Shown here one piece after another: positions 15,301 to 24,094 of a DNA stretch of 32,000 nt (position 1 is its first letter; each line of letters begins with the position of its first letter). Position numbers and translations under genes: made by a program. The stretch comes from Demequinaceae bacterium (GTDB lineage: Bacteria > Actinomycetota > Actinomycetes > Actinomycetales > Demequinaceae), in contig OZ252279.1 of assembly GCA_965250005.1 (NCBI GenBank), forward strand, positions 900,001-932,000, in the 5' to 3' direction. The notes below the pieces were generated by a model. That model ran no database searches. It saw only the letters and a list, made by a program, of their open reading frames with translations, and was not told the origin of the DNA.

Positions 15301-17658
15301 GAAGCTGGTGGTAGCGGTGCCGCCGTTCGGGTCAGGGCTGCTGATGGACACCAGGTCGCCCCGGCTGTTGTAGCCGTACGTGGTGGTCTCGCCCACGGCG
15401 TTGGTGGACGACGTCACCCGGCCATACACATCAAACTCCGACGTGTAGACATTTCCATTGGCATCCGTCGAGGTGTTCGGGTTGTAGAACTCGTCGTAAC
15501 CGTTAAGCGTCACACCGCCCTCGGCGTCGAGGGCCCGGACCACCTGGTTCTTGTCGTTGTGCGTCAGCGTGCTCGCGTTGCCGAGGGCATCGGTGAGCGT
15601 TGTTTCACGGTTAGGGCCGTAGGCGATAGTGCGAACATAGCCCGCACCATCAGTCTGGATGACCACGCGCTCCTCGGTATCGAACACGTTGGTTAGCTCG
15701 GCCACGCCGTCGGCGCCCGTGACAACCTCAAGCAGACCGCCCGCGTTATACGCGAAAGACCGAGTCCGGCCTGCTCCATCCATGATCGACGTGAGATTAC
15801 CCGCAGCATCATAGGCGAGCATCCACTGACGGCCATCCGGATGCGTGAAGCCTGTGATGCGACCCTCGGGGGTGGACTGGACCGCGACCATCTGGCCAGC
15901 CTGGTCCGTGATGCTCAAGAGCGGCGGGAACGTGTACTCGCCTTCCGCGGCCTCGGCGAGCGGTCCATAAACCAGCGTGTAGGCGTTGCCTTGGCGGTCC
16001 ACCGCGCGGGCCAGCGTTCCGTACCCGGACTCCTCGTCGAACGTGAACTCCAGCGACGTATTGTCGGCAAAGGTCAGCACAGCTCCGCCCTCGACCGCGG
16101 CCAAAGTGCTGCGCGCGCCGGGAGGCGTCACGAACCCGCCGGCGCCGTCGGACTCAAAGAACACGCTGCGACCGTCCGCGAGGATCGCCATGACAGCGCC
16201 GTTGTCATACAACTGCGCCCGGGACGAATACCCGAAGTTCCAACCGTTGCCAACCGGTGAAACGCGCCCATCAAGCGCGTTGTAGGCGAGGGTCAGGTCG
16301 ATGGCCTGGTCGCCGACGCCGGAGAGGGTGAACACCTCTTCTGAGGCAAGGAAGTTACCTGTCGCGAGGTTGACGGGGTCCGTGCCATAAATCTGGTAGT
16401 TGTTTTCGCCCAGCTGAGCGAGATCGTCGAGCACGTCTTGCGTGGGCGGCGTCGGCAGTGTCACGGGCTCGGCGCAGGCGATCCCGCCCGTTGCTTCGAT
16501 TTGCTGAATGATGCTGGAGTACACAGCGTCGGTCACCAAATCAAGCCGCGTGCTGATAATCGGCCAGTCGTAGTTGTGGCTGAGGAACAGGAGTTCTGCG
16601 TGTGCGTACGCCGGGGCCGACCCGACGAGCTGGCTGTAAGGCAACACCGAACTTGGAGGGTTGAGCCCGCGGCGGTCGGGGCGCCCCGTCCAGTTCACAA
16701 TCTGAGTCTTGGTGTTGTTACCCAGCCGGGTGCTCGCGCTGTTGCTCGCAGACCACGCGACCACTCCGCCGTCCCTGCTGATACCCCACGGGCGGGCGAT
16801 GCCATCCGACGCGGTGTTGTAGTTATTGAATGCGAGGGTCATCGCGATATCCGCGTCGAAGTTCCGGATGCGGTTTGAGCGAGTAGTCCGCGCAACAAAT
16901 GCCGTCGAGGAATTACGGGTGATGAGGACTTCTGCCAAGCATTCGTTCTCGAGCCTGGCCTTGACGGCGGTTGCGACAGCGTGGCTGAACTGAAGCTCGT
17001 TGTACACGTGCCCATTCCACAGGGCCCTGCCAAGCGCATCATCTGGGTCCAACGCGATGCGCGGGATGGTCGGGTCCGGCACGGCTGCGGCTGGTGCCGC
17101 CATAACAATGAACTCACTCAAATGATCCGACTGCGCAACCACGGCACCCAGTTCCGGGTCGTAGGCCGAGGGGACCCACGTCCACTCGTCATCTTCCGAC
17201 TCGCGGGAGTAGACACCGAGGGAGGCCACATCGACCTCCGACAACTGCTCTTCAGAGATGGGGAAGGTCAACTCGATGGCAGGAACAAACTCAGAGACAT
17301 AGGCCGGAGTGTCCTCGGTCTCCTCGACAACAGTCACCTGGTGCTCGAACTCCGTGACGTCCCCGCCCACAGCATCCGTCGCAACAATCGACACGCCGTC
17401 AGTCAGAGACACGACCGCACCATCGGCGGTCTCGGCAGTCGCGCCCTCCACCTCGATGGGCTCCGCCTCGACGGTCGCACCGTCCGTGGCCTGGTCAACC
17501 ACATTGAAATCCACCTCGCCACCCTCAGGCAAAGCGATGCTGGTGGACTCACCCTCGACCAGCAGTGAGTCATCCGTGGCATAGACCGGAGTGACGACGC
17601 CAGCGACTAGCGCGGCGGTCAGAGTGGTAGTCAGGGCAAAGCGAACGGCGGTGGACAT
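9364..17658 (-). CDS. Secreted YD-repeat / RHS-family polymorphic toxin (about 2764 aa)
   Basis: The track ORF is 9364..17697 with a TTG start. I prefer ATG 17658, which has GAGGGGA 5 nt upstream. That gives a Sec signal, MSTAVRFALTTTLTAALVAGVVTPVYA/TDD. Downstream are a DUF6531-type DPVNLATGNF motif, dozens of YD repeats (xYxYDxxGxL/R), and the RHS core end motif NRYTYVEGAPETYIDILGF (PxxxxDxxGx). About 450 aa of variable C-terminus follow. Confidence 0.92.
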   Translation of the reverse strand: MSTAVRFALTTTLTAALVAGVVTPVYATDDSLLVEGESTSIALPEGGEVDFNVVDQATDGATVEAEPIEVEGATAETADGAVVSLTDGVSIVATDAVGGDVTEFEHQVTVVEETEDTPAYVSEFVPAIELTFPISEEQLSEVDVASLGVYSRESEDDEWTWVPSAYDPELGAVVAQSDHLSEFIVMAAPAAAVPDPTIPRIALDPDDALGRALWNGHVYNELQFSHAVATAVKARLENECLAEVLITRNSSTAFVARTTRSNRIRNFDADIAMTLAFNNYNTASDGIARPWGISRDGGVVAWSASNSASTRLGNNTKTQIVNWTGRPDRRGLNPPSSVLPYSQLVGSAPAYAHAELLFLSHNYDWPIISTRLDLVTDAVYSSIIQQIEATGGIACAEPVTLPTPPTQDVLDDLAQLGENNYQIYGTDPVNLATGNFLASEEVFTLSGVGDQAIDLTLAYNALDGRVSPVGNGWNFGYSSRAQLYDNGAVMAILADGRSVFFESDGAGGFVTPPGARSTLAAVEGGAVLTFADNTSLEFTFDEESGYGTLARAVDRQGNAYTLVYGPLAEAAEGEYTFPPLLSITDQAGQMVAVQSTPEGRITGFTHPDGRQWMLAYDAAGNLTSIMDGAGRTRSFAYNAGGLLEVVTGADGVAELTNVFDTEERVVIQTDGAGYVRTIAYGPNRETTLTDALGNASTLTHNDKNQVVRALDAEGGVTLNGYDEFYNPNTSTDANGNVYTSEFDVYGRVTSSTNAVGETTTYGYNSRGDLVSISSPDPNGGTATTSFVLNEDGRATETHLPDGTVTYASFDAHGDMTSITDATGGVTTMAYDWRGNSVTSTDALGHVTARTYDLANRLTSVTDAKGALTTLAYDAADNLISTLDALGGVATFVYDVNDSLVSETNEAGETATYEYNVNLQLTAANRADGSRMEYAYDAEHRMVAQTNPDGTSRTWEYDGLGRATVMVDEAGERWLTEYDAIGNPVAAIDPSGARNATAFDAMSRPVTFTDALGNSDTVTYLPGGAAGSQTDALGRTSSYSYDAMGRLESVTTPDGETRFYSYDANGRLVSATNARGFTQTYQLDALGREVSMTDALGNLWRTEYDALGNTTATVDALGNRTEIEYDALSRLVATTDALGAHATFTFDAVGRATSETNKNGNAVNYAYDALGRLTRTTYPDGSTASTTYNARGLAVGTVGTRGFATAYEYDARSMQTAMVDEAGERWLSEYDSRGNLVANIDPAGGRTEFDYDALSRRVATTDQVGARTAFTYDAAGQMTSATNALGNTVEYAFDVMGRMVTVTTPDTAAVAYGYDANGNVTSFTNQRGFTETYLLDPLDRMVSRTDTLGGTWATEFDALGNATATVDPLGNRTEATYDALSRIVGLTDALAGATTFTYDAIGARTSTTNALGQTTSLTYDSLGRPVGSTFADGTTASNVYDAGGLKVTSTDQRGNAMSYEYDARGLQVASVDTAGERWLTEYDSRGNVTASVDPLSARSTAQYDAASRPVAVVNAVGSQSTFAYDALGQMITSTNALGDTTAYTYDAMQRMVTMTTPEGATSQYGYDANGNTTSITNALGDVLATEYDAAGRAIATVLPDGGRTETARDALGREVATTDARGNTTAVTYDALGRPTLVLDAAGFATTATYDAGGNRLSTTDARGGTTGFVYDVMNRLVSTTNAEGETRTQAYDTAGNITEAIDPSGIATHFTYDVRNLLTETVENFLPAEPSSESVNVTTSVSYDARGDAVATVDPRGNATTFVRDALGRVETETDALGQTSTVDFDALGRPSVVTAPDGSVTATTFSADGYAVEVAYPDQTVTSGFDALGNRTSMTDDLGTSSWTYDWASRVTVAVDALGQKNTNQYDLAGNQTRVAYDDGRSLLRTYDARNLAVSQSDANGVAAFGYDEVGALVGILRPSGVETEISRDLVGRVTAIVHAGEGVVGNKLPSGEVNPSSMAPGNAFGHCKDNGNGHPNQQPAGCSTGTLAFEYAYDARGLVDERELSTDEASTLTDYTHDELGRLTESVTGDYVASYGWDAASNMVFEAVSEDLSTNKKNDGYTVTRSVNAINQLTSSAMDPAVMPASKTETTAYTYDARGNRTQALTTTTSGKKTHTVSDVAYTYDGRDLVSSVAGGDTDVAYGRDGIGRALEVSEDGTDRTRLYDGLSVVRDGDTQLTRGPGGAVLFEATMVTSGKGKNATTSIQTVDVLADLLGSAVTTASDGVISADLALYGDFGDLLTDTSQDTVTGFTGQVDTAGLLEFASRSYDIGSRVWVQDDRYRGTVTRASSLNRYTYVEGAPETYIDILGFFRAAAALRAQQLAALNAQLQSALGSLGNLYGVAVNHLQGTSAADMLKIYNNLTANLDPAVRAVLAPIASQMATGVGGVHFQQAVYEREAKAYREAHEDYLKALERQDIHLKWEAEQLAIRVENESLVVYNAVTFLRNGAIGVGKVLAGLTPYPMLVENVKCIAGGWSGMQTCSQEARDEARDLAMGLALRAIEHNDVLEDVFSGDASIGDYWDSGYQVYRDYTFGPTLDACRDGQFDKCGQGVGEGVALAGLFFVPGGLAAAGTRVARGVEVAAATARTAQLVRTVEVSRVAEAARIAEAARVASVARPAAAAVPGGAVTTQPAARFIAGSDGVIVDTLAKTALYAPRNLGQMYANGTSKVVQPPFLNITGISHANPKDPFHFLNRAIERGASPSLIVETVRSPRVVLQQSNGKYLYLTDQAAVVLDQSGAVVTVWTRAEFESKILSILNDA
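9367..10722 (-). other. Variable C-terminal (toxin) region of the RHS protein, downstream of the DILGF core boundary
   Basis: IDILGF is encoded by the complement of 10723-10740. About 452 aa follow, comprising a helical segment, a Cys-containing segment with a Gly-rich hydrophobic stretch, an Ala-rich linker and a terminal domain of about 135 aa (complement of about 9367-9770). That terminal domain contains FHFLNRAIERGAS...VVTVW. Confidence 0.7.
12930..14765 (-). repeat. Tandem super-repeat of about 756 bp (252 aa), about 2.4 copies, inside the YD-repeat region
   Basis: Units start at DEAGERWL(T/S)EYD: complement of about 14760, 14005 and 13245. The protein units are colinear (EAGERWLTEYDAIGNPVAAIDPSGAR... 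/ EAGERWLSEYDSRGNLVANIDPAGGR... / AGERWLTEYDSRGNVTASVDPLSAR...). At the DNA level, an identical 18-mer CGCGCGAGTCGTACTCGG occurs at copies 2 and 3. Confidence 0.7.
16492..17064 (-). other. Amidase_3 (MurNAc-L-Ala amidase)-like domain with substituted metal ligands, inside the RHS N-terminal region
   Basis: Track-ORF residues about 212-402. IALDPDDALG stands where amidase_3 has DPGHGG. NELQFSHAVA retains the Glu. ADIAMTLAFNN stands where the family has ADLFxSIHANA. AHAELLFLSHNYD retains the Glu of the E.GF.SN motif. This is recognition from memory, not an HMM hit. Confidence 0.4.
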
Positions 17659-17908
17659 AATTCCCCTCAGGAACTGTCGGTTTCCGAGAAACAACAATAG
17701 CGTTCGGTTGAGACTATGACAGAGGTGACGCGAATTGTCTCAGCGAAAATCTGCGGGCCGATCAAATACTCGGTCCAGTTTGACACCATTCGTGACGTAA
17801 CACCCCAACAATATCGGCTCCGAAACTCTCCAACGCGTGACCAAAATCACAATGAAATGCCGCGATTATCAGGCACCTGTGGATTAAAGGGGATAAGTGC
17901 GGCGGCGG

Positions 17909-20089
<2,181 letters not shown>

Positions 20090-20103
20090 TCAAAGGACTC
20101 CGC

Positions 20104-20304
20104 ATGGAAGACCTCAACCTTGCCGCCCTTGCCCCCGTTGCACTGCTCGGACTGGGCTTCGTTGTGTACTGCCTCATCGACGTGTACCGCAGTGAGGTTC
20201 GCGGGCTGCCCAAGTGGGCGTGGGCAATCATCTGCGTCATCTCGGTCCCGCTCGGCGGGATCGTCTACCTCATCGCTGGCAGGGACTCCGGACGCTCCAA
20301 GTGA
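20104..20304 (+). CDS. PLDc_N (cardiolipin-synthase N-terminal) domain small membrane protein
   Basis: 66 aa with two hydrophobic helices and the LPKWAWAIICVISVPLGGIVYLIAGR signature. The stop overlaps the GTG start of the ABC ATPase (GTGA). Confidence 0.75.
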   Translation: MEDLNLAALAPVALLGLGFVVYCLIDVYRSEVRGLPKWAWAIICVISVPLGGIVYLIAGRDSGRSK

Positions 20305-21173
20305 TCTCCGCGCGCGGGCTCACCAAGCAGTACGGCCGCACCGTCGCGCTCGATGACGTTGACCTCGACGTGCGTGCGGGATCCGTTTACGGGCTTGCGG
20401 GGCCCAACGGCGCAGGCAAGACCACACTGCTTGGCATCCTCGCGGGCCTACGCGACGCATCGTCGGGCACACTCAGCGTTGACGCCAAGCCCGGCGAGAT
20501 CGCGGTGCTGTCCGACACCCCACGCTTCGACCAGTGGCTCACGGGACGCGAGGTTGTCGCGCTCGCGCAGGCCCTCACGGGCCCGGTGGACGACGCGCGC
20601 GTGGACCAGATCCTCAAACTGGCTGGCCTCGCTGAGGCTAGTTCCCGGCGCAACGGCGGCTACTCGCGAGGGATGCTGCAGCGCCTGGGAATCGCCGCGA
20701 CCCTCGTGGGGCGCCCCAAGCTCATCCTGCTGGACGAGCCGGCCTCCGCCCTTGACCCCCAGGGCCGACGAGAAGTGCTGGATCTCATCGCGCAGTTGCG
20801 CGGAACCGCGACGGTGATGTTCTCGAGTCACATCCTCGGCGATGTCCAGGAGGTATCAGACACTGTCGGAATCCTGAATCACGGCAAGCTGCTCTTCCAG
20901 GGCCCGCTGTCAGACCTGCTCGTGGGAGAGGCCGTTCCCCGCTACATCGTCAAGCTTCGCGAGAACGCCGACGCGGTCGCCACCAAACTCGCGGCGGCCA
21001 GCTGGGTGACCGCGGCAGAGGCGTCCGCTGGCGCCGTCGCCGTCGAAGTGGCTTCGCTCGCCGACGCCGAATCGAAGCTACCGAAGGCGCTCGCCGCTGC
21101 CGGTGCGCAGGTGATCTCGCTGGGCCCTGAAGAGGTCTCGCTGGAGCGCGCGTTTCTGGAGCTGACCCGATGA
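20301..21173 (+). CDS. ABC transporter ATP-binding protein (ABC-2 exporter type)
   Basis: Track ORF 20214..21173. I place the start at GTG 20301 (VISARGLTKQYG...), which overlaps the preceding stop. Walker A GPNGAGKTT, signature YSRGMLQRLGIA, Walker B LILLDEP. Confidence 0.9.
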   Translation: MISARGLTKQYGRTVALDDVDLDVRAGSVYGLAGPNGAGKTTLLGILAGLRDASSGTLSVDAKPGEIAVLSDTPRFDQWLTGREVVALAQALTGPVDDARVDQILKLAGLAEASSRRNGGYSRGMLQRLGIAATLVGRPKLILLDEPASALDPQGRREVLDLIAQLRGTATVMFSSHILGDVQEVSDTVGILNHGKLLFQGPLSDLLVGEAVPRYIVKLRENADAVATKLAAASWVTAAEASAGAVAVEVASLADAESKLPKALAAAGAQVISLGPEEVSLERAFLELTR

Positions 21174-21925
21174 CACTGTGGAAACTAGAGGTTTTGCGCC
21201 TGACGCGCACCAAGCGGTGGATCGCGCTACTCGGGACCTTCGTGGCCTTCGGGCTCGTCGGGCCGGTGACGGCGCGATACATCCAAGAGATCCTCTCCGG
21301 CGTGGGCGGCGACCTGGAGGGCGCCACCATCACGCTGCCCGATCCCGTGGCGCAGGATGGGCTTGCGCAGTACATCTCGAACGCGGCCCAGGTGGGCGTC
21401 TTGGTCGCCGTGGTGATCGCGGCCGGGGCTTTGGCGTTCGACGCGGTACCGGAAATGGGCGTCTTCCTGCGCACCCGAGTCACCAACACGTGGCGCATCT
21501 TGATCCCGCGCCTAGTCGTGTCATTTGTGGCGATCGCCGTCGCCTTCACGGCGGGCACGCTGGCCGCTTGGTACGAAACCTGGGCGCTCATCGGCCCGCT
21601 GCCCGCAGGCCCCGTGCTGCTGGCCACCGCGTACAGCATCGTGTTCTTGGCGTTTATGGTTGCGGTTGTCGCCGCGGTCGCTCAGTGGGTGCGAACCGTC
21701 CTGGCGACCGTGATGTGGTCGCTCGTGATCCTCATCGTGATGCCGTTGTTCGGCATCTCAGGCGCTATTGCCCAGTGGCTTCCCAGCACCCTGCTCGGAG
21801 CGCTGGGGCATTTGGACGGCGTCGAAGCGGGCGGCGAGTACCCGCAGATTGTTGTCGTCACGGTTGCCCAAACGGTAGCGCTGGTGTGGCTGGCGAAACG
21901 CGGGGCTGACCGCCGCGAGGCGTGA
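21170..21925 (+). CDS. ABC-2 type transporter permease
   Basis: 251-aa polytopic hydrophobic ORF. Its ATG overlaps the ATPase stop (ATGA). Confidence 0.75.
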   Translation: MTLWKLEVLRLTRTKRWIALLGTFVAFGLVGPVTARYIQEILSGVGGDLEGATITLPDPVAQDGLAQYISNAAQVGVLVAVVIAAGALAFDAVPEMGVFLRTRVTNTWRILIPRLVVSFVAIAVAFTAGTLAAWYETWALIGPLPAGPVLLATAYSIVFLAFMVAVVAAVAQWVRTVLATVMWSLVILIVMPLFGISGAIAQWLPSTLLGALGHLDGVEAGGEYPQIVVVTVAQTVALVWLAKRGADRREA

Positions 21926-21954
21926 GCGCCTACCAACGAGTTCTGGGGAGGGCA

Positions 21955-22911
21955 CTAACCGCGCGGCTTGCGCTCCCGCACGACGAATACCGCGGCCACC
22001 ACGAGCGCGAGACCCGTGACGAGAACCGCGACCCAGGTGGCGAGGTCATCGTCAAAGAAGTAGTTGATCAAGAGTGGGACGAAGATGAGCATCCCGATCG
22101 CGCCGGGCGCCATGACGGCCACGGTTCCCCGTTGCTGAACCGCGAGCGCGGATAGCGCAACTGCGGTCAGAACTCCGAGCGACAGAATCCACACCTCCCA
22201 GTCCCCGTCGAAAGCGACGAGGAGCACAAATAGTGACAGCACCGTTCCGACAACGAGCGCATGGGTCGGTGGCTCAAGCCGCTGCGACCAACCGCCCCAG
22301 AACCACGCCACGCCAATTGCCCAGAGTGCGAAGATGATCACCTCGTAGCGCACGTCAAGCGGCCCCGCGAGCACGCTCGAGACAAGGATGATGGCGGTTC
22401 CGAGCAGCGTAAACTGTGCGAGCGCACGGCGCCTGAGCCAGTAGATCGGGAGCGCGGCAGCCAAAGCCGCGCCGCCAATCGCGACACCTACCCAGTCGCT
22501 TTCCACGTGGCGATTGCCAACGTCACCGCGTTCGATCAACCACGCAAGCCAGCCCACGCCAAACACCGCCGCCGTGAGCAGCACGCTTACCAGCCTCTGG
22601 ATGGCGACGCTGCGCGAGCGCCACAGCTTGATACCTGCGCCAGCGACTATTCCCGTGATCGTGAATACGAGCAGCAGCCGGCCAGCGTACGTGAAGCTGT
22701 CCCACTGCTGCCCGAGGATGACGGCGATCGCGACAATTGCGAGGGCAGCGCCCAGGTATCCGAGCACCTCTGCGAGCGCGGACTTGCGGGTTGGCTCCTC
22801 GCCAGCAATGGGAACGCGGGCGGCCTCGTAGTCTGCGATCTTCTTGGCGGCGGCCGGCGTGACGACCTTGGCGTCCTGCCACTCGCTAAGCATTTGATTG
22901 ACGGTTCTCAT
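21955..22911 (-). CDS. Polytopic membrane protein, DUF2157-like
   Basis: 318-aa ORF. A soluble N-terminal helix (LSEWQDAKVVTPAAAKKIADYE) is followed by about 9 hydrophobic segments. The family assignment is from memory of the N-terminal pattern. Confidence 0.6.
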   Translation of the reverse strand: MRTVNQMLSEWQDAKVVTPAAAKKIADYEAARVPIAGEEPTRKSALAEVLGYLGAALAIVAIAVILGQQWDSFTYAGRLLLVFTITGIVAGAGIKLWRSRSVAIQRLVSVLLTAAVFGVGWLAWLIERGDVGNRHVESDWVGVAIGGAALAAALPIYWLRRRALAQFTLLGTAIILVSSVLAGPLDVRYEVIIFALWAIGVAWFWGGWSQRLEPPTHALVVGTVLSLFVLLVAFDGDWEVWILSLGVLTAVALSALAVQQRGTVAVMAPGAIGMLIFVPLLINYFFDDDLATWVAVLVTGLALVVAAVFVVRERKPRG

Positions 22912-23013
22912 CTTCGGCCTCCCCAGGCTTGCTCTTCTCCCGCCGAGGATACTCGCTTGCGGGATTCGGCACCTTAGGTTGCCAATTGGTTACATAACCG
23001 CGAGGTTACTTAC

Positions 23014-23094
23014 ATGGCTGCCGACCAGCTCAGCAAAGTGTTCTCCGCGCTCGCGGACCCCACACGTCGCGCCATACTCGAGCGCCTCGCCACC
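23014..23094 (+). pseudogene. Remnant of an ArsR/SmtB-family regulator (first ~27 codons only), fused in frame to the downstream ORF
   Basis: MAADQLSKVFSALADPTRRAILERLAT is the canonical ArsR N-terminus. The expected HTH that follows (xELAxxxxxSxPAxSxHLxxL) is absent. The frame runs on without a stop into the SRPBCC gene. Confidence 0.6.
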
Positions 23095-23142
23095 TACCTG
23101 ATCGAACTCCAAGCCTTACGTGACTCAAGGAAAGGTAGCCCA

Positions 23143-23616
23143 ATGAATAGCACCACCCTCACCCCGCTGTCCGACACGCAGTTCGTTGTGGAGCGTCGGT
23201 TCGACGCCCCGCTGCAACTCGTGTGGGACGCGCACACCAAGCCTGAGCACCTGCTCAAATGGCTCACCGGGCCGCACGACATGAAACTCACCGCCGCCAC
23301 CCTAGACCTGCGCGCGGGCGGCACGTACGAGTGGGAGTACACCGGGCCCGACGGCTCCAAGCAGCCGCTCAACGGCGAGTTCCTCGAGGTCGAGGCGCCG
23401 CACCGGATCGTCCAGAAGGACAACTGGGGCCCGGACCTCCCCGCGCCCAACGTGGAGTTCGCCTTCTCCGAGGACGACGGCCAGACGCTGCTGAAGATCA
23501 CGTTCACGGTGGCGAACAAGGAACTGCGCGACCACGTCACGTCCGACAGCGGGCTCGAGCAGGGCTACGGTGCAAGCTTCGACAACTTGGATGCGGTGCT
23601 TCCCACGCTCGCGTAG
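23143..23616 (+). CDS. SRPBCC / AHSA1 (activator of Hsp90 ATPase homolog 1-like) domain protein
   Basis: ATG 23143 preceded by AAGGAAAGG. MNSTTLTPLSDTQFVVERRFDAPLQLVWDAHTKPEHLLKWL...GGTYEWEY... is typical of this family. The same frame is open upstream to ATG 23014 (track ORF 23014..23616). Confidence 0.8.
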   Translation: MNSTTLTPLSDTQFVVERRFDAPLQLVWDAHTKPEHLLKWLTGPHDMKLTAATLDLRAGGTYEWEYTGPDGSKQPLNGEFLEVEAPHRIVQKDNWGPDLPAPNVEFAFSEDDGQTLLKITFTVANKELRDHVTSDSGLEQGYGASFDNLDAVLPTLA

Positions 23617-23643
23617 CGCGACGAGCCTAATCGCGACAGACGA

Positions 23644-23675
23644 GGCCGGGTGTCCCCTGCGGGTGGCGCCCGGCC
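23644..23675 (+). terminator. GC-rich hairpin downstream of the SRPBCC gene (possible I-shaped intrinsic terminator)
   Basis: GGCCGGGTGTCCCC-TGC-GGG(T)GGCGCCCGGCC. About 14 bp of stem including G-U pairs and one bulged T, with a 3-nt loop, 28 nt after the stop. There is no U-tract. Confidence 0.35.
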
Positions 23676-23734
23676 ACTGTCGTTCCCAGCCGCGGTCGTC
23701 CCCGGGGACGTAGCCTCGATACCAGTACCCACCG

Positions 23735-24094
23735 ATGAAAGGCACCGCCATGGCCGAAGCGCCTCCGTCCGTCACCGTGATTGGCCACAGCGGCGAGGAG
23801 ATTATCGCGGCCCACGCCGTGATCGAGGGCCGCGTTGCGCGCACGCCCATCCTGAAGGCGGCGGGCGCTCGCGTTATTCACCTGGCGTTCGCCGCCGGCT
23901 CGGAGCTCACGGAGCATTCGGCGCCCGTGCCGATCATCGTTCGGTCGCTCGCCGGAGAGTTCGCGTTCGAGGTCGCAGGCGAAAGCTTCACGCTGACTCG
24001 CGGAGGTATGGCGCACATCGCCGCGAACGTGCCGCACGCAGTTTCGGCACCCGCCGAGGCCCGGCTGCTGATCACGCTGCTCGATGGCAGCTAG
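23735..24094 (+). CDS. Cupin-domain protein
   Basis: 119-aa ORF with a cupin_2-like core ([54 protein letters not shown]). Its stop TAG and the mnmA stop share the palindrome CTAG at 24091-24094. An alternative start is ATG 23750. Confidence 0.7.
   Translation: MKGTAMAEAPPSVTVIGHSGEEIIAAHAVIEGRVARTPILKAAGARVIHLAFAAGSELTEHSAPVPIIVRSLAGEFAFEVAGESFTLTRGGMAHIAANVPHAVSAPAEARLLITLLDGS

Noticed and set aside
9710-17584. Numerous 60-225 aa ORFs on both strands inside the RHS gene (for example 10000..10650, 11437..12111, 15124..15696, 16981..17568)
   Set aside because: All are embedded in, or antisense to, a single uninterrupted 2777-codon frame with continuous YD-repeat signatures. Their translations are Arg/Pro/Ala-rich shadows.
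20950-21639. 229-aa minus-strand ORF across the ABC ATPase/permease junction
   Set aside because: It is antisense to two translationally coupled genes with clear Walker and TM features, and it has no motifs of its own.
23302-24037. Minus-strand ORFs 23302..23850 (182 aa) and 23627..24037 (136 aa)
   Set aside because: They overlap the SRPBCC and cupin genes on the opposite strand and span the hairpin-containing intergenic region. Composition is typical of antisense high-GC ORFs.
24091-24094. Convergent cupin and mnmA genes sharing the palindromic CTAG as both stop codons
   Set aside because: This is a real 4-nt overlap, but it is most likely a trivial consequence of the palindromic stop. There is no evidence of regulatory significance.
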